Shown here: one piece after another, positions 39,781 to 49,597 of the stretch | Layout of the letters: each line of letters opens with the position of its first letter | Numbering within the stretch: the stretch's first letter is position 1 | Assembly (NCBI GenBank): GCA_023213395.1 | Contig: CM041465.1 | Span: forward strand, 103,547,741 to 103,611,740 | Length of the DNA: 64,000 nucleotides | Source: Cycas panzhihuaensis | Taxonomy: Eukaryota; Plantae; Cycadophyta | Direction: 5' to 3' | The notes under the pieces: generated by a model | Seen by the model: the letters and a program-made list of their open reading frames with translations, nothing else | Told to the model about the DNA's origin: nothing | Database searches by the model: none | Program-made: the position numbers and the translations under genes

Positions 39781-40187
39781 TATTAGAAATAATTCTTATA
39801 TATTGATGTTATCTTTATAAGTTTGACATTGTAATGTTATTTATTAATGTATTTAATTAAATAGTTCAGTGAAATGAACAACCATCCATTTCAACGAACT
39901 CCTATCTTTCTTTATTTTAGAATCTTTCTAATATTCTTGGGAAGGTTGGGTTTACATTCATATGTAGGAAGGAGGTTAGGTAGGCTGGCATCATTTTGAG
40001 AGAGAGGATGAGATCCTCAACTATCTCCATTATATTCTAATTTTTATTATAATAAAATTATACAATTGATAAGGTGGTTTTTTATCCCCTATAGGGGTTT
40101 TCCACTTGCCACATCTAGTGTACTTTGTGATTGATTCTATGATGATTATTTTGTAAATATTATTCTACTTAAACCCTCTCTCTAACA
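39781..40187 (+). mobile_element. Solo LTR (copia-type), related to the copia #4 LTR
   Basis: TATTAG (decayed TGTTAG)...CTAACA ends. TSD CTTAT at 39776-39780 and 40188-40192. Absent from other array units. Shares CATTTCAACGAAC, AATAAAATTA and AGGTGGTTTTT..GGGGTTTTCCAC with 41668-42115. Confidence 0.85.
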
Positions 40188-41667
40188 CTTATTGATCCAT
40201 GTGATAAATAAGAAACTACTTCTTAATTGACATAATTTTTTTTTAGTATGTTTAAATTATTTAATAGATATAAGCTTGTGTAAAAGGGAAAAACTTTTAA
40301 AAATGGACAAATGTTCTTAGAATTAATACTTATTAATCCATGGGTATGGATATAAGTAAATTTAGAGATAACTAATAAAAGAGATTCGTAAGCCACAACC
40401 ACAACTAACCCACTAAAAAAAAAAAAAGGTTACTTATTTATCCATGCATATGAATACATCCAACACACAATAGAAAGGAAAAAAATAAAAAGAAATAGAG
40501 AAAGAGTGAGGATAATAAAAAACAACCAACCATCCTAAATACACTTGTCCCCCTTGAAAACCAAAGAAATCTACCCATGGGTATGGATACAAGTAGATTT
40601 GATGACACCTGAGAAAATGCCTTCCACCCTATAAACCAAAAAAGAGAGGAGAATCATATGCTTAACTATGCATATATTTGATTAGTATAAACACATCTAC
40701 ATCGATATGCCATAGCATTTTTTTTTTTTAATAATAAATATGGGATATATTTTTATATATTACAATCTCATTTTTGCCTTAAAAAAGGTTAGAGGTCAGG
40801 AGAAATTCATAAAATCTCTATTCAATCTCACATAACTTACTCATTTAGACTATTTTATTAATCAAGTAGGTATTAGTTGGTAACAATTAGTTGTTGGTTA
40901 TATCTTGGAACATATATTTTATAAGAGAGAATGTGGATGCAAAGTTTATTGTAATGTTTCTACATCTACCTTTTAGATTTTCCTTTTATAATTTGTTAAT
41001 AACATTGATAGGTTTATTATTAAAGAAATTTAGAACCTATGCTTGGTGGTATGGATCCCTAATCTAGCCACAATCTATGGTAATAAATGATGCTATGACT
41101 AGGTATAAACTAGTCAAAACTATTTAAGAGGTGTTTTACCTTTCATGCCTATAAAAATCTTGCTAGTTGTATTGGGATAATAACTAGGTTGAATAAACTA
41201 TGGGGCATTGGATATAACAAGATGATATGAAGGCATCAATTTGAAAGACTATGGCACATGCTTATAGGACCCAAGAAATTATTTTTTTCATGGTCAATTT
41301 TATATGATAGGTTGATAGTTAAAGGTAGATTAGTTAAACTTAAGTGTAATGATGTGGTGTACATATTCTTTAACCACACCAAAATGCACTCCCTTATTTT
41401 GATGATGTCTTATTTCCAAATCAACTTTAACCCTAGTTAATGACTTCATCTAACTAGCATTAAATAAAAGCATTACATGGAATGCTGCCTTACTTATCAA
41501 TACTCAAGTGTTCTTTAGTGCCTTCCAAAATGCCTTTGAGCTTTTAAGAATTAAAGTGTTATACACTATTTCAAAATTTAAGAATATTGTGTTTTTTCAA
41601 CACAAATAACTTACATGCACCTTTCCATATGATTTGTTCCTAATTATGCTTTGCACACGTGTAAGTT

Positions 41668-42115
41668 TGTTAGGAATATTAATGTAACTTTTATGTTCTT
41701 TTTAAAGTTCATATTTATGTCACATGTTTAAATTAGTATTTAAGTTATTATAATGTTCAACTTTAGTATTTATATTTAATCTTATATGGAAGGTGGTTGA
41801 AATGCGCAACTGCATTTCAACGAACCTTTTTTAATATAAATTCTTCTCCTAGATTCAAGGAGATGGTTCCGAGAATCTAGGAGGGCTGTCTAAAAGCCTT
41901 TTACAAGGTTGGTTTAGTGGTTAGGTGGTTTCTGTAAATGGTTTTCTGTTTCTCACTTTTCTTAATAAAATTACAACTTTAGGAGGTGGTTTTTCTTCAC
42001 CAGAAGGGGTTTTCCACCTATCAATCTGGTGTATATGTGTAGTGTCATTTTGTTACCTGTAATTGCTTACTATGTGATCTTATGATGACATTGTGCATGT
42101 GCCCATTTTTTGACA
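41668..42115 (+). repeat. 5' LTR of copia #4
   Basis: Direct repeat of 48904-49342, followed by the tRNA-iMet PBS. Confidence 0.96.
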
Positions 42116-42121
42116 TGGTAT

Positions 42122-42443
42122 CAGAGCACCAATATCTACCAGAGGCTTGCCTTCAACTTCTTTTATGCCATTGCCCAGAGATGCACCTAGCCTGCGGTCC
42201 ACTGTAAGACTAACAATGTTACCCATACCTCGATTCATAGCAATTTGTTCTCCAGTTGCCATATTTTGACGCCTACCAAGCCTATGGCCTGCTCCAAACA
42301 GGCTACGTGACTGATACTGATTTAATACTCTCTCTCTCAGCATTTGTGCTTTAGCAAGTAATGCTGGAGATAAGGCAGCAAGAACTACTTCGGAGAAAGT
42401 CAAAATAACCTCTTCTCGCAGCTCAGAAGGAAAGATGACTAGT
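42122..42443 (-). pseudogene. UPL1: Captured fragment of a UPL1/UPL2-like (HUWE1-family) HECT E3 ubiquitin ligase
   Basis: FPSELREEVILTFSEVVLAALSPALLAKAQMLRERVLNQYQSRSLFGAGHRL...KEVEGKPLVD..AL matches my recollection of plant UPL1/2 FPADLREEVLLTSSEAVLAALPSPLLAEAQMLRDRAMSHYQARS..FG.SHRL...KEIEG.PLV...AL. Confidence 0.85.
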
Positions 42444-42880
42444 CTTATTAATAGATTCAAACCCAGTGGCCCTTGGGTCATGGCCTATTTCATTTGACGG
42501 CAACCAAGCTGCGGCATTCTCCATTTCACATTCTTGCTTTTTTGTTCTCTTTGACAAGATCTTACTAGGGTTCGTCTGTGAGGAGTCAGAGTTTGAGGAA
42601 GATGATGAACTCTGCCTATAGCTTCCTTTACTAATTCTTTTCCCATAAACTTCTTGGAGCTCCTCTCCCTTGGATAAGGCTGCAGAATATGCACTTTCAT
42701 CATAGTTTCTACCTCGATGGTTAAAATCCCTGCTACTTTTCTCGGGGGGTTTCTTCTTTGGCTTACCTACTATACTGTTATTATTAGATGCATGGACTCA
42801 TAGTGACAAGTATCCTTCTTCAACTTCTTGCTGGGCCCTCCAGACTTGCCCACTTCTCCTATTTTTTTCATTCTCAAAAC
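42444..42880 (-). pseudogene. Probable captured coding fragment of unknown origin (Ser/Lys-rich), in frame with the TAF5 fragment
   Basis: The frame of ORF 42798-43124 continues for 124 sense codons past a single TGA (42798-42800) to 42423: VHASNNNSIVGKPKKKPPEKSSRDFNHRGRNYDESAYSAALSKGEELQEVYGKRISKGSYRQSSSSSSNSDSS... Confidence 0.5.
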
Positions 42881-43181
42881 TAGGTTGCTCGCCCATCTTG
42901 GCCATGTTCCTTACCTTCAAACATGAATCAGAGAAGCCTTTAACCAACAAAGCTCCATTTTGAGATATAAATGCACATTTGAGACTGTTGTGGGTGTTGA
43001 CAAAAGTGTAGAAGCAAACAGATGGCAATGCAGAGCTCCCCATATGTGCACGATTGCATAGGTCTTCCAAAACTATGTGCTCAAATTTCGTGGACATGGT
43101 TGGCATTGCTAGCTTAGGTTTCACGCGAGGTGCAGTGGAAATAATGCTCGTCTTTGTACGAACAACCTTGCATGTGGTCCC
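42880..43181 (-). pseudogene. TAF5: Captured fragment of TFIID subunit TAF5 (region leading into the first WD40 repeat)
   Basis: STAPRVKPKLAMPTMSTKFEHIVLEDLCNRAHMGSSALPSVCFYTFVNTHNSLKCAFISQNGALLVKGFSDSCLKVRNMAKMG matches plant TAF5 APRVKP..LP.MSTEVEQSILEDLRNRVQLSS.ALPSVSFYTFVNTHNGLNCSSISHDGSLVAGGFSDSSLKVWDMAK. Confidence 0.9.
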
Positions 43182-43520
43182 AGTGTGGAGAAGTAGAATG
43201 AAGAGCAGAAGAAGAGAAGTACAGATAGTTCGAGACCAATTCTACACACTCCTCCTTTCCCGTTCTATAGGGTTTTCGATACAAACGAACCTATGAGGGA
43301 TCCAAACGAACGTTCCAGACATGAAAAGAAGGAGTGCCACCATCTCCCTTTGAAGCCTCTCCTTGAACCAGACCTACAAAGAAAGAGGAGTGCTACCACG
43401 AAAGCAATTACCAGGTAGGGTTTTTACCCTAAACCCTCGCGGATTTTTTTTTTTTTTTTCTTTTATAAAATTTAAAAACTCGTCAAGTCCGCGGGTTTGA
43501 TTTTTTCTTTTTTTTTTATT

Positions 43521-43925
43521 TAATAAATTAACCTTAGTACCCCCCCCCCCTCCATTACATTAATAAATTAATACAACCCCCCCTTATTACATTAACAAAG
43601 TAACCTTAATACCCCCCTTAATCATATTAATAAACTATGTTGAATCAAATAATTTTGATTAAGAAACCCCTCCCATAATTTAGATTATGTTTATTTAATA
43701 AAAACTTATAAACTTAAACCCCCCTATTACATTGTAATAATTAATGTACACCCCCCCTATGAAGAGTATACAATACCTAGTCCATGCAAGTAATTTATTT
43801 CTATTTGTCTCTAAAATTAATGACCTTGATTTATAACTTAACCCCCAAACCACATTTATAATATTAATCTAAACCCCCTCTCATTACGTCAATGTATTAA
43901 TACCATTTTTTTTAACCGCCTCTTT
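43521..43925 (+). repeat. Degenerate short repeats (C-run + ATTACATTAATAAA-like) in the copia #4 leader
   Basis: Recurring ACCCCCC(C)..TTACATTAA/TAATAAATTAA units. Confidence 0.6.
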
Positions 43926-44080
43926 TTATATTGATTATTACATTAAAATTTAGTTCAATCATTACAAAACTTTTCCCCCTATATACTTTACAATATTCCC
44001 CCTCTTCTCCCCTAATATATTACCTTATTTTTTCGTCATATATAAGGTATACATTACCTTTCAAACACTTATTCAAAAGG

Positions 44081-44106
44081 TATATATATATACATATATA
44101 TATATA
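44081..44106. repeat. (TA)n microsatellite
   Basis: TATATATATATACATATATATATATA. Confidence 0.8.
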
Positions 44107-44626
44107 CTATTAGCAAAGCCTAATTAACTTAGGCAAAACCAATATTTTTTTCTTGGTTTTTTGGCCAAGATCAAAGTGTAGTATCTATTATTATCTGATT
44201 ACCTTTTTTATGCATTTATATTTCTTCAAACATTAAACTTAATAGTTCAAAAATTATTAACATTTTTTATATTGCAAATCAGTTTTATATCTTAAAAATT
44301 ATTGTAAAATCAATGTAACATATAATCCTTTCAAACTTAAACACTTAAGGGGGACTATTTATTTCTCAAATTAAGGGGGAACTTTTTTCGAAAAGGGACT
44401 GTTTAAGGGGATTTTTTAAGAGGTTGTTTATTTTTTCAATTAAAAAGAAACTATCTGCCTAAAAACTTTTTTTTTTTTCTTTAAGAGCAAGTAATGCATA
44501 CTACAATGCTTTCTTGAATTATGCTTGTTAAAATATTAATATGATAATTAGTACTTTTATTAAGTGATTATTTTTTAAACCACCTTCATATTCTTCAATC
44601 TTCAATCAAACCTTATAATTCCTAAT

Positions 44627-47600
44627 ATGGCATTAATGCCAGGGACAACCACCTGCGTTCCAATTCCAGTGTTAACCGGCTCAAACTATGCCAACTAGAG
44701 GAATCGCATATCCCATCAGCTTAAACAACAAAAGATATGGCGATATGTGATAGGTGAATTTAAAAAACCAAAAGAAGATGCTCTAGAGAGTTATATGGTA
44801 TATATGATGAACTCAGATACAGCCTTAGACACCATATTGAACTCACTTTCACTAAAAATCGGTTGACAGTTTTCTAAAACAGATGACTTGGCCACTGTCT
44901 GGAAAACTTTGCAAGATAAATATGACAAGGTCGATACACATCAAGTGGTTGTCCTAGAACAGCAATTGTATGACCTTACTTTTGATGATTTTTCCAATGT
45001 TAAGGATTTTTTAAGTAAAATTTAATTAATTAATAAAGATCTAGGAAATTGTATCAAATCCAAAACTAAAGATGGTGATACTGAAACAATAATCACGCAT
45101 GCTAGAGACGACGATACACTCATATGTCTTACAGTAAACAAGTTACCAAAATAATTTAATATATTCAAAACTGCTAGACAACAAGCTTGCGACCCTCCTA
45201 TAACATTCAATCAGTTGACAAACCAATTGATCGAATATCAAACAATGTTAATTCAAACATGCGTATTAAAAGATCATTCAAAGGCTTTATTTTCCAAAAG
45301 TAAACCATAATTTAAAAACAAACAACAGAATAATTTTCATAGTAATCTAAAATTTCAAAAACCTCATAGAGGTTCACAATCTAATTCTCAAAATAATATT
45401 AAGTATTATAGTCTAACTAAACACCCGAATATTTGTAATCAGTCATTTTATAATATGAACAATGTAACTCCTTCTCATAACACTAGTTGTACCTATTATC
45501 ATAAAAAATGCGATACTATTGATGTCTGCAGAAGTATGATAGCTTCATAAGTATAGAAAGCTTCCAAGGGATTGCAAAATTGACCTCAATTCCATCCTCA
45601 ATCACGACCTCAAAATCGACAAACTCATAATCGTTCTTTAGCGGCAACAACTTATGTGTTTGTTGCTCCTACAAATCAACCACCATAATGGATCCTTGAC
45701 TCTAGTGCATCCCATCACATGACAGGACACTAGAAAAATTTATTCACTTATCAATCTGAATCGAACTATGAAGAAGAGATTTCTTCTAGAAGTAGTACCC
45801 AACTTAAAGTTAAAAGATCATGTGATGTTACCTTAAAGGAGGGATCAATAAAGGATGTTTTCTACGTACCTGGTATATTACCAAACCTACTTTCTGTTTA
45901 TCAAATCTGCCAGAAAGAGCTTGTCGTCAAATTCTGAAAAAATAAATTTATCATTAAGGAGTCATTAAATAAATTTAGACGTATTGCCTCAAGACCTGTT
46001 GATCATAACACAGGTCTCTATAGTTTAACAAGTCTACAAAATAACAAAACAAAACCTTTTAGTGCCTTTGTTTCCAAATCTGACTCAGTCAGTAAACTTT
46101 GGCATGCATGATTTGGCCATACAAGTTATGGCAAACTACAATATCTAAAAAAGCATGAAATAGTTCATGGTCTTCCAACCTTAAACACAATTTATGGTAT
46201 TTGTGAAGCTTGTGTGACAGGTAAGCAACACATGGACCCATTCCCACATAAAACATAATTTAGAGCAACTGTTCTACTTGAACTTGTTCACTTTGACATA
46301 TGTGGACCTTTTCATATAACGTCATACTATAGCTCTCGTTATTTTATTACATTTATTGATGATTATTCAAGAAAATGTTAGGTTTACATGCTTAAAACAC
46401 GTAGTCAAGTGTTTGACATTTTCATTGAATACAAAACGCTAGTTGAAAATCAATGAAATTTAAAAATCAAAATTTTTTGATTTGATAATGTAAAGGAATA
46501 TTTAAGTGGCAAATTCACTTCTTTCTACAAATCACATGGAATTTAATTCCAGCATTCTGTTGCATATACACCTCAACAAAATGATATTGCTGAACGCAAA
46601 AACTGTACTCTTGTTGAGATGACTCGTTGTATGTTACATGCAAATAATCTAGATCTAAAATTATGGGTAGAAGCAATTAACTACTCTAATTATTTATTAA
46701 ATCGTTTACCAAGTAGATATCTACAGAACGTTACTCCAGAATAAAAATGGTCTGGTAGAAAATCTCTAGTCAATCATTTACGAATCTTTGGTAGTATTGC
46801 GTAAAGATACATCACTAAAGAAAAACGCAAAAAATTAGACCCAAAAAGTCAAAAATACATCTTCATTGGATACAATGAAGAGAGTAAAGCTTATAGACTC
46901 ATGAATCCAGTCATGCATCAAATTTCTATTTTGCGTGATGTAATATTTGATGAAGAAGGATCTTCTTCAACATCTACTTATGTAGAACTTCCCATTGAAA
47001 GTTTGTTAACCAACACTTAGTTGGTTAACCCCTCTAACAAATAAGCTGATTCAGAAGTTATAGAATCCTTATCAACTCAAGTTTGAAATTGGACTTTATC
47101 TGAATGTAATGAAATAGATTCCTCCTCTCAAACTAGTTCAATAAGTCAATATGTACCTTTAGGAACAGTTCTTAACAAGTAACCTATTTGGGCAACGAAA
47201 ACACTTGCTGATGTTGGATCTAATGTAGGTAATCTTACATATACTAGACGAACACGTGCCCAAAAACTACGTGCTAACTTTGCCTTAATGGCAAAAATAA
47301 TGGATAATAATGATCCTAGAACATTTAAACAAGCTAGCAACAATCTTGTATGGCAGGACGCTATGCAAACTAAATTTGATGCTTTAATTAAAAATTTAAC
47401 TTAGGATCTCATTCCTCTTCCACCTGGGAAAAATATAGTTGACTGTAAATAGGTCTATAGAACAAAATATAACTCAACATGCGCAGTTGAAAAATATAAA
47501 GCTCGCCTTGTTGTAAAATGATTTTCGTAAATAGATGACATAGATTATAATGAAACCTTTGCCCATGTTGCAAAGATGAACACGATCAAAACAATTATTG

Positions 47601-48856
47601 TTCTCGCAGCCAAATTTGAATGGGAAATCCACCAAATAGATGTCAAGAGTGCTTTCTTGAACGATGATCTAAAAGAAGAGATCTACATGTCTCAACCATC
47701 TGGCTTTCTTAAGAATTCTAATCTCGTGTGTAAGCTAAAGAAATCCATTTGTGATTTAAAACAAGCTCCTCGAGCTTGGTATACTAAAGTAGATGATTAT
47801 TTAATTCACATTAGATATACTATATGTATTAGTGATCAAAATCTTTATTTCAAACGTGAAAATGAAAATCTTACTATTCTAATCCTCTATGTTGATGACA
47901 TTATCATTATTAGATCATCAACTAATAACATTTTTCATTTAAAATCTACTTTAATGAATAAATTCGAAATGACTGATCTAGGTATACTACATTACTTTCT
48001 TGGTTTACAAATTTATCAATATGGCTCAAGAATCATAATATCACAACCTAAATATATTCTAGACTTAATTTAGCAGTTTAACATGGAAAATGCTAAACCC
48101 ATATCTAATTTGTTACAATCAGGAGTCAAACTATCTACTGATTGTTCATTACCTTTATGTGACCCTACATTATATAGACAACTAATTAGTAGTCTTATTT
48201 ATTTAACTCACACCTGCCTTGACATTTCCTATGATCTCACTTTATATTCATGTTATATGTAATAGCCACATGAATCTCATTGGAAAGCTACTAAACGTAT
48301 CTTACGGTATCTAAAGCATACTATTTTTTATGGTTTAATTTATAATTTTTGTAATAAACATCTAACTTTAACTGGATATACTAATTCAGATTGGGCTGGT
48401 GATATAAATGATTAAAAATCTACATCAGGTTATGTATTTTTTATAGATTTCTCACTTATTACTTGGTCTAATAAGAAAATGCAAGCACTAGCCTTATCAA
48501 CGACTGAAGCTGAATATCGCGCACTTGTTGAAGCTAGCAAAGAAGCACTTTAGCTCAAATCTCTACTAAATGAAATTGGTATGTCTCTAAAGTCTTCCAT
48601 TGAACTTAAAGTTGACAATCAAGGTGCAATTACCATTGCTACTAATCCAGTTTCACATTCTAGGACTAAATATATTGAATTACATCAGCATTTTATTCGA
48701 AATCTTGTTACTGATAATCTTGTTTCTTTATCTTATTGTCCAACAGATCTACAGGTTGCTGACATACTTACAAAGTCTTTAACTGAAGTAAAGTTTCTAA
48801 ATCTCTAAGATCTGTTGCAGATAAAAGAAATCTCCATCAAAGGAGAATCACCGTGA
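44627..48856 (+). pseudogene. copia #4 gag-pol, single frame with many nonsense mutations
   Basis: MALMPGTTTCVPIPVLTGSNYAN; WILDSSASHHM; CEACVTGKQH; ILYVDDII; SDWAGD; HSRTKYIEL. ATG 44627 and ORFs 47576 and 48581 share one frame. Confidence 0.92.
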
Positions 48857-48903
48857 TGAAGACCTTCTTTTTCTATAGCATAAAAGTTTACATTAAAGGG
48901 GGA

Positions 48904-49342
48904 TGTTAGGAATATTAATGTAGCCTTTATGTTCTTTTTAAAGTTCATATTTATGTCACATGTTTAAATTAGTATTTAAGTTATTATAATGTTTAACTTT
49001 AGTGCTTATATTTCATCTTATGTGGAAGCTGGTTAAAATGTGCAATTGTATTTCAACAAACCTTTCTTAATATAAATTCTTCTCCTAGATTCAAGGAGAT
49101 AGTTCCGAGAATCTAGGAGGGCTGTCTAAAAGCCTTTTATAAGGCTGGTTTGGTGGTTTCTATAAATGGTTTTCTGTTTCTCACTTTTCTTAATAAAATT
49201 ACAACTTTAGGAGGTGGTTTTTCTTCACCAGAAGTGGTTTTCCACCTATCAATTTGGTGTATATATGCAGTGTCATTTTGTTGCCTATAATTGCTTACTA
49301 TGTGATCCTGTGATGACATTGTACATGTGCCCTTTTTCGACA
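48904..49342 (+). repeat. 3' LTR of copia #4
   Basis: Direct repeat of 41668-42115, preceded by PPT. Confidence 0.96.
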
Positions 49343-49597
49343 AAGTTATATGAGATTGAGTACATACATATGTTTTGCATATCATCATATGTAAGTATAT
49401 ATATATATTTTGCATATCATCATCCATGCTTATAAAGTTCTAAATGGAATTGACTCATATATTTAAGCTTATCAAGCATTACGATGCAACCTCATGCATT
49501 GTGTTTAGATTCCTACTATAGGAGGGAAGCTTAAGGTACGTGGAACCTCAATGGAGGCACTCTAGAAGGAGGAGTAGATCCAAGCATAACCACCTAA

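Larger units (their letters stand above)
41668..49342 (+). mobile_element. Ty1/copia #4, full-length, with a ~2.5 kb leader carrying captured host gene fragments
   Basis: LTRs at 41668-42115 and 48904-49342 (TG..CA). TSD AAGTT at 41663-41667 and 49343-49347. PBS TGGTATCAGAGC at 42116-42127. PPT AAAGGGGGA at 48895-48903. About 28 substitutions and 2 indels between LTRs, counted by eye. Confidence 0.97.
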
